From contig NC_135897.1 of assembly GCF_964194155.1 (NCBI RefSeq), positions 21,204,001 to 21,268,000 of the forward strand: a stretch of DNA of 64,000 nt, written 5' to 3'. Made by a program: the position numbers and the translations under genes. Numbering within the stretch: position 1 is the stretch's first letter; each line of letters begins with the position of its first letter. The notes under the pieces are model-generated. The model searched no databases, was not told the DNA's origin, and saw only the letters and a program-made list of their open reading frames with translations. Below, piece after piece: positions 52,656-64,000 of this stretch. The DNA is from Cetorhinus maximus. Lineage: Eukaryota.

Positions 52656-53751
52656 CTTTAGACTGTAGAGTTTGCACTTTTTGCATAACTTACTATCTTT
52701 ATGTCTTCTTGTTCCCTGCAGACACTTCAATATGTGTTTTTTGAAGGGTGGTGACTAGAACTGCAGTCTTTATTCAATACATTATCTGTCCATTATATTA
52801 TACAGCCTCAGCAAACTTCTGTAATTTATACAGTACTGCTTTGATTATGCTTCTCAGCACGCTACCAGCTTTCTGGTTTCTCCTCTACACTGTTTGGACA
52901 GGGGCTATAATAAGCCTACCATCACTGCCATTCTAAGTCTCTGTGTTGATTTAAGTTCCCTTCATTTTATAGATATGTTGCTTATTTTTGCTTACTCTGC
53001 AATAACATATAAACATTAAGCTGATTGTTTATCTGTCCAATTTTTCTATAATATTTAACTGCATCTTCTATCCATACCGCACTTTCTGTTTTAGTCCCAT
53101 CAGCAACTCTGGCAAGCTGACAATTAGTTGCAGTATCCATACTAATTTTGATTTGAAACAACAAGCACTGCTCCCCACAGTACCTCAGTTTTATATTGAG
53201 CCCTATGGCAGTGCACTTAGTATCACTCCCAATCAGGCTCTGACCCCTGCAGGGCCCCATTCAGCACTGGGCCAATCTAAGCCTCATGAGACTCCACTTG
53301 GTACCTCACCCAATCTGGCATTGTGTGGCACTGCACTCAGCCCCTCTCCCAACATGACACTGATCAAGGTGAATTCCACTCAGCATCTCCGCAAGTCTGA
53401 TACTGCACCTTTCATGGGTTCTCCCATTCTTAAGCAACTTCTAAATGAGTCCCATGTTCTACTGTGGATTCCCGTGGGTTTCAGTTTCATTAGCAGTCCT
53501 ACACTTGAAATTTTGTCTAAAGTTTTCTTATAGTCCAATTAGGTACATGGTAGGCTGATCCATTACTTGCGCTATCTATAATATCTTAGTAGAAGTCAAA
53601 GAAGGTTATCATCTAAGATGATCCTCTATGATTCAATATGCTGAATTTCCCTCTAGCCTGCCCCATTGAATATTCACCAGTATATTGCCTGGTACTGATG
53701 AAAGTACTCGACGATAGGGTCTGTTGTTAGGGATAGCTAAGATTTGCTGCC

Positions 53752-54370
53752 CTTTTTTTAATAGTTATTTGTTTATGGTGTGTGGGCTTTGCTGGCTAGA
53801 CCAGCATTTATTGCCCTTGAGAAGGTGCTGATGAGCCGCCTTCTTGAACCTGCAATCCATGTGTGTAGATACACCCACATTGCTGTTAGGGAGAGAATTC
53901 CAGGATTTTCACCCAGCAACAGTGATGGAACGGTGACATAGTTTCAAGTCAGGACGGTGGCTCAGAGTTGAACTTGTAAGTGGTGGTGTTCCCATGCATC
54001 TGCTGCACTTGTCCTTCTAAGTGGTAAAGGGTTTGGAAGGTGCTGTTGAAGGAGCCTTGGTGAGTTGCTGCAGTGCATCTTGTAAATTGTACACACTGCT
54101 GCCATTGTGTGTTGGAAGTGGAGGAGAGAATGTTTAAAGTGGTGGATGGGATGCCATTGATGTGGGTTGCTTTGTCCTGGATGCTTTTGAGCTTCTTGAG
54201 TGTTGTTGGATCCAGGCAAGTGGAGAGCCTTGTGTCTTGTAGATGGTGGATAGGCTTTGGAGAGTCAGGAGGTGAGTAAATTTCCCGCCTCTGAGCTGCT
54301 CTTGTAGTCACAGTATTTTTACGGCTAGTCCAGTTCAGTTTCTGGTCAATGGTAGCCCCAGGATGTTGAT
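53752..54370 (-). mobile_element. 3' end of the tRNA-headed LINE family
   Basis: GATIDQKLNW, LKSIQDKA, CAGCATTTATTGCCC tail. Confidence 0.8.
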
Positions 54371-54589
54371 GCTTCATTATTGGTGAAGTGTTTGCTGCTT
54401 CCAGTTCTATAGGACTATGCCACTGCCTAATGACCATAGTTAGAGCCTGGCAAATTCATTTGATAGAAGTGGGAATCCTGGATGAATTCCCTGTTCTAAT
54501 CCAGGGATGTTAGACCAATTGTGTTTTGTCAAGTGATATCCAGCTGCCATCTGGCCTTCATGGCTCGGCTACTCGTTATTCAGGGCCAA

Positions 54590-55100
54590 TTAAGGCTGAA
54601 GCATTCGCAACAATCTTCACCCAGAAGTGCCAAGTGGATGATCCATCTCAGCCTCCTCCAGGAGTCCCCAGCACCACAGATGCCAGTCTTTAGCCAATGT
54701 GATCACTCCACATGATATCAAGAAATGGCTGAAGGCACTGGATACTACAAAGGTTTTGGGCCTGACAATATTCCGGCAATAGTACTGAAGACTTGTGCTC
54801 CAGAATTTTCCGCGCTCCTAGCCAAGCTGTTCCGTGCAGCTGTCATCTACCCAACAATGTGGGAAATTGCCGAGGTATGTCCTGTACACAAAAAGCAGGA
54901 CAAATCCAACCTGGCCAATTACTGCTCCATCAATCTACTCTTGATCATGAGTAAAGTGATGGAAGGGGTCACCAACAGTGCTATCAAGCGTGACCCGCTT
55001 AGCAATAGCCTGCTCAGTGACGCTTAGTTTGTATTCTGCACTCATCTCCTGACCTCATTACAGCCTTAGCTCAAACATAGACAAAAAAGCTAAACTCCAA
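54590..55100 (+). mobile_element. Internal RT fragment of the tRNA-headed LINE family
   Basis: GPDNIPAIVLKTCAPE..PVHKKQDKSNLANY. Confidence 0.85.
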
Positions 55101-55410
55101 AAGCTATTTGACCCAGGGAGACTGTCATCTCCATGGATCTGAAATTTTGACATTCAAAAAGTTCAGACACGTACTGGAACTTAGAATACACAGAGTTCTG
55201 ACCAATCAGTAAACCCTTTATAATGTGACCATCCAAAAAGAAGTACTTTTACTTCACCCCACAACAGCATGAGAGAAAAGACCATAAAGGCTGCCTATTG
55301 ATTACTAGCTAGAAATCCGTGTATTCTAAGTTCCAGTACATGTCTTAACCTTTTGAACGTCAAAATGTCAGGTCCATGGAAATGACAGTCTCCCTAGATT
55401 AAACAGCTTT
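55101..55410. mobile_element. MITE-like element with ~100-bp imperfect terminal inverted repeats
   Basis: AAGCTATTTGACCCAGGGAGACTGTCAT..GTACTGGAACTTAGAATACAC versus GTGTATTCTAAGTTCCAGTAC..ATGACAGTCTCCCTAGATTAAACAGCTT; TCCAA on both flanks. Confidence 0.75.
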
Positions 55411-56180
55411 TCCAATTTATACTGTACAGGTAAGAATATAATAATAAATAATATTAAAGTTTAATATTATTTAAACTTAATAATAATTGGATTGAACCAG
55501 GTTCAATCCAATTTGTTCATCATCCCTGACTCCCTGATCACATGAAATTTAAAAACCTCGTTGTTATCTTTAAATCTCTCTTAGGCTTGCCCCCACTGTA
55601 TCTCTGCAATTTCCTCCAGTCCACCATCCACTTCCGCCATGCAACCCCGCTTCCCTTTCGTGGCATTCCCTTCAGTTGCCTCAGGTCTCCCCCAACCCCC
55701 CTGTCTCTAACTCTTCTCAAATTATAAGCGCACAGAATTGGAGGTTACCTTAAGACATGGCTTGGTAGTTGGTTAGATAGTAGAAAACACAGAGCAAGGG
55801 TAAAGGGAGTGTCTTCTGATTGATATGAGAGAGTGAGAGGTGATCTACTTTGGTTCCAAGAAACAGAGTTGTACAGAACCTTGGTAAGACCCCAAGGTTT
55901 TTAGTTAGTTTTGGGCACTGCCTTAGAAAAGATATATTTGCCTCGGTGGGAATGTAGTGCAAATTGAGGCTTGGCTTGGCTGGAGTTGTGTACACCATCC
56001 CTGACTCAGGCCAGGCTGCAGCTCCGAATACCCTCCATCCAGTTTGGCGCAGTTATGGATCCCAATTCCCTGAAAGCTGAGCCTGGCTCGACTGCAGATC
56101 TATATAACCTAGATCTATGGTCTAGCTGTTCAGTCTTGTCACCCCCCCTACTGACCACAGATTTCACTACCATTTCTTAC

Positions 56181-56292
56181 CTCAGTTGTTTTCGACTTTG
56201 CGTAAACTTTGTCCATGGATTTGGCACTGGCATTTACAGCGTGCGCAAGCTCCTGCTCCATGGTGTGATGCAGCTGTGCTGTCTCCCGAATC
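56181..56292 (-). CDS. DGKD: DGK-delta exon ((R)[37 protein letters not shown])
   Basis: tccag|G..GAG|gtaaga; 112 nt, phase 2 to 0. Confidence 0.92.
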
Positions 56293-57387
56293 CTGGATTG
56301 AAGGAGGAGGAGTAGGAACAATTGGAGGGGGACAAAAAAAAGAGATGGGGAATGTCAGCTAATGGAGCAGTAACAGAGTGGAAGACAAAGACCATTAGAG
56401 GAGGTTATTGGGAAACATAAAGCAGACAGGGTAGTGCAAGGCTGGCCAAACATAGCTTGCTCCACGGTGAAGACGGTAAGGAGGGTAAACTTTTTTTGAC
56501 TGACTGGTTTGCTGCAAGCCAACTAAATCCAAAAGCTGACTAGAAAAAAAAACACAACAGCACAAAGCCAGAAATCAAAGGAAGAAATCTGAACTGGCTT
56601 TTGAGGTCCTAGTGGCATGAGTGAAGGCATGCTGGATGGGAGCAGCATTTTTCCCCATCAGACAAATAACTTGCGCCTCTTACTCTGTCCTCTATGACAT
56701 ATAGTCTGTTATACTATATTACAAGCAGTTTAACTCTGACTTCATTCTATATAACATGGGGCCCTTTATACCATATAACAGACAACTTGCACCTCTGAAC
56801 AGGTTCTCTATAACATATAACCGATTGCATACCATGTAATAGACATACAGCTCTCTCACTCCCCCTTACAACATGGAGACTGCCACTGTCTGCAGAGTAC
56901 AGATTACAATACTTATACCTGATTTACTGTGGAATAAAGAGCTTATGGCTCTCATTTTTCCTCCTCTATTACATTCAGCCTGTTATACTGTGCAATGTAA
57001 AGCCTCTTTTCTGCACCAAGCTGCCTTTTATTTTTAGGTTAAAGATGAGTTTAAGCAGAGAATGCAAAATGCATCCACATTTTGGTATTGTTTATGGTTC
57101 AAGGATAATTGACTCTTCCATTGTCTGGCTTCCGCCCAGTATACAGATGCTGCACTTGGTCTAGGAGTTAAGGTCTTCCTAGCCTCCTACCAGTTGTGCA
57201 GAAGTCCATCATGAAATCCCTGCATCTTGATCTCACCTGCTCTCCAGACTAAAGGAAAATGCATGGACTCAGTGAGCCAAATGGCCTCCTTCTTCGCCAC
57301 AACAACTCTATGACGTTAAACCTTTAGCGGAGTAACAAATCAGAATAAGTCAGTGCCTGTGCTTGGGTTATTCACTGACACCCTTAC

Positions 57388-57542
57388 CTGTGGATGAGCG
57401 TTCCAGCCGCTCGGCCAAACTGATTGATCTCAGCAGCTTCTTCTTCTGAAACGATCTCGGGTTGCAAGGCATGTTGGGAGGATGGGCGAGGTAGTTCACA
57501 TTTTTGCTTGTCTTCCCAAGACTTGAGGGTGCTCTCAAAAGC
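57388..57542 (-). CDS. DGKD: DGK-delta exon ([25 protein letters not shown])
   Basis: ccacag|GCT..AG|gtaagg; 155 nt, phase 0 to 2. Confidence 0.93.
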
Positions 57543-58175
57543 CTGTGGCGTAAGAAGACCCAAACGTGCACACAAGATTAACAGCCCAACCTCCTGCAAT
57601 ATCACTTAACCAAACCCAAACTACTATTGCATAAGGACACTTAGACTGACAAAAAAAATACAGCAGGAGCCCTTGTAATACTGCTGTAGTTTCAGTCTCA
57701 CACTGCTGAATAACATTGATAGTTTTGCTTTTCCAGTACTAAACAGCAGAAGATGCGTCACCGTTCAAAGGTTAATGAAATAATTCAGAAAAAAAACCCA
57801 GCATCTCGCACACAAAATAAACTTCAGGATTTATCTGACAGAAAACATCAGGGTTAAGTCAGATGTTAAAGCTTGATTACATGTGCTGGTCAGGCAGAGA
57901 TCTTTAATCTAGGAATTTTAGTCAACAAATAAAGGATACATAAGCTTAGGGTGCCATTTAAATTGTAGACTGGATTGTGTTGTAATCGCTCGCAAGTATC
58001 AGCTACTCAATACAGTGGTAGTATGACCCGTGGGTTATCATTGATCTATCTCCCTTTCATCTAAAGAATGGAAAGACTGATTTATTGGTTACTTTCTGTT
58101 TTAGCCCAGCTGCATTTAAATATTACTAAGACTCTAACTGTTGCATTCTCCAGCTGGTTTCAAGGTAGTACATAC

Positions 58176-58310
58176 CCTATCTCTGGTCAGCATCTGTGCA
58201 CGGTTCTTGTGAATAATTTTGATGTAACCAGGGGGCTGGATCCAGGCTTCTCCATCCACTTGCACTGGTACTCCTTCATCACCGAGGATTGTGATCTTTA
58301 CAGCACGACA
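58176..58310 (-). CDS. DGKD: DGK-delta accessory-domain exon ([45 protein letters not shown])
   Basis: ttctag|TGT..AGG|gtatgt; 135 nt; [10 protein letters not shown] motif. Confidence 0.95.
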
Positions 58311-58631
58311 CTAGAAGCAGTGGCGGGGGGAAAAGTGTATTTAGGTAAAACAGGAGCCTAAATTATACCAAAAGCTGGTTCACAACTCACTGAGTCCCAG
58401 AATTTGCCCTTACGGTCTCACTGCTCCTGATAAAGAACACTTCAAACCATTTCACTCCATTGCTGTTACCCAGCAGACAGCCTGTTCCATTGGGACAGAT
58501 GATTACACGGCACTTGATTTTAAAAAAAAGTACATAGGAGATTAATTAGTCTCTGAAAGAGAGTTCACTACTCTAGCTTCTACTGTGATAAGGATCACAT
58601 TCAGAGCTTCATCATTCATACACATCCTGAT

Positions 58632-58900
58632 CTTTTGTTTATTTGCTGTCAGGATATAAGTAACACTGGCAAGGCTGATTATTGCCACCTTCTAGTTGCC
58701 CCGAGAATTGCTATACCAATTCAGAAGCCATTGAGCTAATAATGCAGCATGGAACTGAATTTACACGTAGGCTAGAGCAGTTAGGGGTGGCAGGTTCTCT
58801 TCCCCAAAGGGGACAGGTGAACTGACTGGATTTTAGAACAATTCTGAAGGTTTTATGGTCATTTTATTTTCTGGTTTCAGTACACAAATTACCCCATTTA
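58632..58900 (-). mobile_element. Old bipartite SINE-like element: leader of the tRNA-headed LINE joined directly to its 3' tail
   Basis: GGCAAGGC..TTATTGCC..AGTTGCCC tail fused to ACGTAGGC..GGCAGGTTC..TCCCCAAAGG..GTGAAC, which matches the reverse complement of 10715-10830. Confidence 0.55.
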
Positions 58901-59194
58901 CTAAATTCTATTTCCTGCACTGTAGCTCCAGTTTTCTTGGTTTCTATTTCATATTTATAGCTCTGATGGCTTTTTGTTTCAGCTTTACCCTTCAACCTGG
59001 AGCCTCTTTGCATTTCCAGTACTGTAAACTTGGAGTTTCATTGATAGCACTCTGTGCTTTGTAGGCTGTTTTGAGCCAGTAACAGGTTGATAACTCTTTG
59101 CATAAGTCGTGTTCTCTGATTGACTGCTTTTTCTGTGGCAGTTGGTTATTGTGTACATATAACATTGAGTTTACTGGTGAGAAATTAGTACGAG

Positions 59195-59960
59195 GAGCAG
59201 GAGACTGGTGGAATGCGAATAGCTGGGAGATGTGGAGTTTACCCTCATAAGGAGTGCAGCCTTGAGATGCAGTTACCTCAACTATATTTGAGGGGTTAAA
59301 AAACTAAGTTGCTTGTTTGATAACATTCACTGCGTAAAAGAAAACTGTTCAGTTTGGGAACCACTGAAGCCTGTGATCTGTGGTATTTGCACAATGTAAG
59401 AAGTGCTGGATGTTTATGGAATAACCCCATGAATAAAGCATCACAAAATGCCTGGGGAGTGAAGTACCAAAACCATGTAATAATAGAGGATTCCATAGTC
59501 AAGGCAATAGACAGGAACTTTATCAGCTACAAGTGAGATTCTGAATAGTATGTCACCTCCCAAATTCCAGAGCAGGAGATATTATAGAGTGGTTGTAAAG
59601 GATTTTTTTTTTAAAGAGGAAAAGAGTACTGCCAAAAGTTATATTTCATGTTAGAATGAATGATTTGGCAAGATGTGAGATCCTGCAATGGGGGCTTGAG
59701 AGTCTAGAGATAGACTGAAGAACAGAAACAACAGGGTATTGATCTTGGGATTACTTCCGTACTTCATGTTCAATGGTTTGGAATAGCAAGACTCGAGGGT
59801 AAATGTACATCACTGGAGAGATGGCACAGGAGTAAGCTATTGAGATTCATAGGGCACTGGGGCTAGTTATGAGTAGCCTGTACAGGATGGATGAATTTCT
59901 CCTGAAACCAATGCTCCTGCTGGGAGGGTAAATTGTGCTGTGGGCGAGGGAGTCAAACTA
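59195..59960 (+). mobile_element. Highly decayed CR1 ORF1 (esterase) region
   Basis: VIIEDSIVKAIDRNF, VIFHV..ND and GHWG remnants parallel 13500-14050. Confidence 0.6.
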
Positions 59961-60036
59961 ATTTGGCAGAGTGGAAGGAGAAGAAAATGAGAGGAAAAGA
60001 AAAGAAACAAAAAGTGCGGAGGGTGGTCTCTCTTAC

Positions 60037-60150
60037 TTGAGCAATTCGATGGTGTTGCAGGTTGATAACTCGAGAGACTGCCATTTGCATACTGCCAAAC
60101 ACAGCCACCACCTCCAGGATCTTATCATCAAAAGAGGGAGCTGTGAAAAT
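60037..60150 (-). CDS. DGKD: DGK-delta exon ([38 protein letters not shown])
   Basis: ttgcag|ATT..CAA|gtaaga; 114 nt. Confidence 0.95.
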
Positions 60151-60328
60151 CTGCAACAAGAGTTAAATCGACAATGATGTTAGCATACAAGCGTAATGTG
60201 CAAATTACTCTCTGGATGCACATACTCTGACCCTGCGCTGTGCACTTCATAATGCAGCAAAAGAAACACAGTGCCTGCCATTGGATTCCTCTTTATTTAA
60301 CACAAACCCCCCTTGAAGTTATACTTAC

Positions 60329-60436
60329 ATCATCTTCCTTGGTTCCGCCCCAGAAGTTAGTGCCACCAGCATAGCTGGGGATGTTTAGCACTGCAATGCC
60401 CTGCAGGCTGGGCAAGGGGATGCGCTGTCCATCACA
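60329..60436 (-). CDS. DGKD: DGK-delta exon ([36 protein letters not shown])
   Basis: gcag|TGT..GAT|gtaagt; 108 nt; LNIPSYAGG motif. Confidence 0.95.
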
Positions 60437-60754
60437 CTGCATTACAAAGTGGAAAGAAACATCAACACAGGGCAAACAGCAATATGAATATAAAACACTC
60501 TTAATATTCCCATCATGAAATGTTCTGGGTCAATACAAACAGAACTCCAGCTAAAAAAAAGAGAAAAAAGCGGTGATGTGTCTGAGCACAATCAGTCACT
60601 GTTGATAATAAGAAAAGGCAGTGCTTAAGGAGCAAAGAGTAAATAAGTACCAGTGGTCAAGGATATTGACAGACGCTTGAGAATGAAAAAGTGTTAGTCT
60701 AGTGAGTACAGCATGGTGCTTGGCACCATGGCAGTGGGTGATATACTGAGATGC

Positions 60755-61290
60755 ATAATAAGAAGTAGGCCATTCAGCTCTTCAAGCCTTGTCCATCACT
60801 CAATTAGATCAAAACTAATCTGTATCTCAACTCCATTTATGCACCTTTGTGCCATATCTCTTGATACCCTTATCCCAAAAAAAAGCTATCGATCTCAGAA
60901 CATTTCAGTTGACTCAGCATCCAGCCTTTTGGGGTGAGAGTTCCATTACCTCTTGTGTGGAAAAGTGCTTCTTGATTTCACTCCTAAATGGCCTAGCTCT
61001 GAATTTAAGATTATACTCCCTTGTTCTGATTCCCCCATTAGACTAAGCACTTTCTCTGCATTTACCCTATTGAATTAATTTATAATTTTAAACACTCTGT
61101 TCAGATCACCCTTCAACTGTCTAAACTCAAGGAATATCAACCAAATTTATGGAACTTGTCCACATAACTTAACTCTTTCGGCCCCAGTATCATTCTCTTG
61201 AATCTGCATTTTCCCCAGTTCAAGGCTCAAATATCTTTCCTGAGGTTCAATGCCAAAAACTGAACACAATACTCCAGATAGAGTCAGACA
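60755..61290 (-). mobile_element. CR1 3' fragment
   Basis: AGTAGGCCATTCAGCTCTTCAAGCCT tail; AAAACTGAACACAATACTCCAGAT. Confidence 0.75.
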
Positions 61291-61739
61291 TTCTGTGACT
61301 GGATAATACAGCAAGTAAGGAACTGCCTTTTCACATTATTGGATTATGTAGTACAGTAGGATTGTTATCATGCTTTCACCAATAGAACTTAAATTCAAAT
61401 CTAGCCCTTGATGTTGGTATATAATTCTACTTTGTCTGCACTCTGCTAGAATCCTATATAAAATATATTTGTGCAATTCCAGTTCAGTTAATCTATATGT
61501 GAGAACAGCAAGATAAAAATTCTCAGAATCCTGCCATAAAGAATCTCATTCAGAAAGTCAACAAAAAGTGAATAATCGCTATAGGCAGTGAAAATTCATA
61601 CTGATGTCATACAGAGGTTGAACCTGAGGGCAGTGTATAGGGACCTTCCCTCTGTATCTAACCCATGCTGAAACCAACTAGGAGCGCATGTTGGGACAAT
61701 GGATAGTGAGCTTTACCTTCTAGTGGTACCTAACCCATA

Positions 61740-62165
61740 AAAGAAAGAACCTACATTTCTTCAGTCTTCATAAAGTCTCAAAGTACATCACAGCCATTGG
61801 ATTAACTTAGAAGTGTAGGCACTTTGGTTCTGAAGGCAAAGGCTGCAGCCAAATTGTGCAGAACAAAATCCCATAAACAGCAATGAGATAAAATGATGTG
61901 TTAATGTGTTTTTGAACACTCTGATTGAGGAAGAAATGTTGCCCAGGACACCAGAGAACTTCCTGCTTTTTTTCAAATTATGCCAGCGAATCTTGTACAT
62001 CCAGCTGAACTAGCAGATGGGGGCTTAGTTTAATATCTCATTTGAAAGCAAGCACCTTTCAGTACTACGCTGAAGATAGCCCAGATTGTGTGTTCAAGTC
62101 CCTGGAGTGGGGTTTAAACCCACAAACCCCTTGGCTCTGAACTGACAATGCTGTGACTGACCAAA
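61740..62165 (-). mobile_element. SacSINE1/DeuSINE-like SINE with tRNA head
   Basis: B-box-like GGTTTAAACC at ~62111; TTTAATATCTCATTTGAAAG core; TTGCCCAGGACACC. Confidence 0.7.
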
Positions 62166-62376
62166 GTTGATGTGGGGAGTTCTAAATGAAATAGAGGGAG
62201 CTGGATGGTATCTGACTCATGACATAACCTAGACAGAAGGCCTGATGGCAGTTCTTGGTTCCCTAGCTCTAACATCCCTTATGTTGATGCATGCAAGAGT
62301 AATTTGAAACAAATTATTTAAAAGGATGGCCAAGGACAAATGGTTAAGAGTGTGTGAAAGCAAATGAGCTGCCCAC

Positions 62377-62473
62377 CTCTAACAGTACTTTCTGCTCCAG
62401 GTTTTTGTAGGTTCTGTGCAGCAGCTCCTTGGTTCCAAGAACCCCATACCACATCATGTTTTTTGTACGACTC
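62377..62473 (-). CDS. DGKD: DGK-delta exon ((R)[32 protein letters not shown])
   Basis: ttttctcag|G..GAG|gtgggc; 97 nt, phase 2 to 0. Confidence 0.95.
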
Positions 62474-62699
62474 CTGAGAAAAGACTATAAAAAGTTAAAT
62501 ACAGTTCAGGGGGGCACCAAGTATTAAAACCCAATTCTATAACTTCCCATCTGTATTGCCAGTTCATACTGAATCAGTGGGCAATATCAAACTGTAGCCA
62601 TGCTGCCAGTCATGAGCAAACTAACTCTGCCGCCTGTCAATAATAACCAACTGTTCTTTGCTCAACCTCAATCATACTGTTGGTCAAAACTGAATCAAA

Positions 62700-62996
62700 G
62701 GCATGTGGCCAGTCAACACTGGATTCCCTGGCATGCTGCTGGACAACACTGGATTCCCTGGCATACTGGTGGTCAACACTGGATTCCCTGGCATGCTGCT
62801 GGTCAACACTGGATTCCCTGGCATGCTGCTGGTCAACACTGGATTCCCTGGCATACTTGTGGTCAACACTGGATTCCCTGGCATACTGGTGGTCAACACT
62901 GGATCCCTGACATGTTGCCACTCAATATTGGATCCCTGGCACACTGCCACTCAATACTGGACCCCTAGCACACTGCCAGTCAACACTGGATCCTAG
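62700..62996. repeat. 30-bp minisatellite, ~10 copies (intronic)
   Basis: Unit GGTCAACACTGGATTCCCTGGCATGCTGCT. Confidence 0.95.
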
Positions 62997-63473
62997 TAAT
63001 GCTGTCTTACAATACCGATCATAGAGTGGAATTGTTGGGAGGGAAACTGGTGAAGTTTGTGACTGATTAATTAGCAATAGAATCAGGATAGAGTGGATTG
63101 ATGAGGGGTGGGGGGCCGGAAAGAGGAGAGGCAGGAAGCAGGAGGGAAATAGTGAAACGTAATAACAAGATAATCAGCTACAGAATCCAGGTGGAGCAAG
63201 ACTGAAGGGATAAGAAAGCAGAGGTGAATGAAGGCTCCAACATAGATACACAGTAAGCGGGACTGCTGATTCTTGGATTCACAGTGTGATCAGCAATGTA
63301 CGAATTTCCACATGCCCTTAGCGTGATTGCAACTGACAACTTCTGACTTCTTTTCCGATAACAATGATTACCTTCTTTTGTATTTTGAAATAAAAACTCT
63401 GGTGGGAAAGAGTTAAACCAGCAGCTTGGCCATTCTTTCAGTCCAGCACTCTATTGACAACTGGTTTTCTCAC

Positions 63474-63584
63474 CTGCATTTTTCTGGATGTTCATCCCGT
63501 TTGTTGTTGAAATCAAGAGAAATTTTTGCATCCAATCCGATACCAAAGTAATTGTTCATTACACACTTTTCTGTGTACCCATTT
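63474..63584 (-). CDS. DGKD: DGK-delta exon, start of accessory catalytic domain ([36 protein letters not shown]); gene continues beyond right edge
   Basis: ttcttcag|A..AG|gtgaga; 111 nt, phase 2 to 2; [11 protein letters not shown] motif. Confidence 0.95.
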
Positions 63585-63851
63585 CTGAAGAACAAAATAA
63601 ATCAAACTCAGCCCTCAGGGTCACGAAGATTCACACAGAAAAAAATAATCCTCCACTTCAATTTGTTTTACCTTGGAAAGGTGCATTCACCAGCTCATGA
63701 CCAGGCAACCGCATTATTTGCCAACAAATCGCACAAGAGAGTAGTATTCCCAACTAGAATTTGCCACGAGAAAGTTGGACTCATGCTAAGATACCTTTTG
63801 AGTCTACAGAAAATCACAACAGAGAATTGCACTCCCAACCAGAGGACTCCT

Positions 63852-63852
<1 letters not shown>

Positions 63853-63897
<45 letters not shown>

Positions 63898-63909
63898 AGA
63901 GAGAGAGAG
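63853..63909. repeat. (GA)n microsatellite
   Basis: About 28 GA units with one interruption. Confidence 0.98.
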
Positions 63910-64000
63910 CTGGGCTCCTGATCAGCAGTTCCCTCCAGATAGCCAGCTTCTGACCAGCTGATCTGGGCTCTCCATAAGTAGGCCACAGTGGAGAGATTGG

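Noticed and set aside
62600-62996. GQHWIPWHA repeat protein
   Set aside because: 30-bp intronic minisatellite between two in-phase DGKD exons.
39676-63584. Gene as DGKH or DGKK
   Set aside because: LEHLSL, GSELL, VGHMKR, QLDPPQK and KKEKNNKNKE match DGKD as recalled, despite the -SEV end.

Overview
Eukaryotic vertebrate genomic DNA, most likely from a cartilaginous fish (shark), judged from HER1/CR1-type LINEs, SacSINE1/DeuSINE-like SINEs and Penelope remnants. Two host genes lie in tandem on the minus strand. (1) The last 12 coding exons of diacylglycerol kinase delta (DGKD; 63584 to stop at 39676) are all GT-AG and phase-consistent, with a probable ~6 kb 3'UTR ending in a cluster of Pumilio elements near 33.6 kb. 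(2) The 5' part of vitamin K-dependent protein C (PROC) comprises the signal-peptide exon (ATG 9453), the propeptide/Gla exon (8127-8287) and the 25-nt aromatic-stack exon (5326-5350); the rest runs off the left edge. A FOXA/HNF1 module at 26733-26761 closely resembles the human PROC proximal promoter as I remember it, implying a non-coding exon 1 and a ~17 kb TE-filled intron 1. The rest is nested, decayed transposons and minisatellites. The most unusual items are: an ORF1-less endonuclease/RT LINE family that begins with a tRNA-like head (two independent copies plus a deletion-derivative SINE); a spliced RPS17 fragment inserted without poly(A) or TSD; ~300-bp inverted repeats bracketing a full-length CR1; and twin perfect 14-bp palindromes. 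All family assignments come from reading the sequence and from memory; no searches were run.
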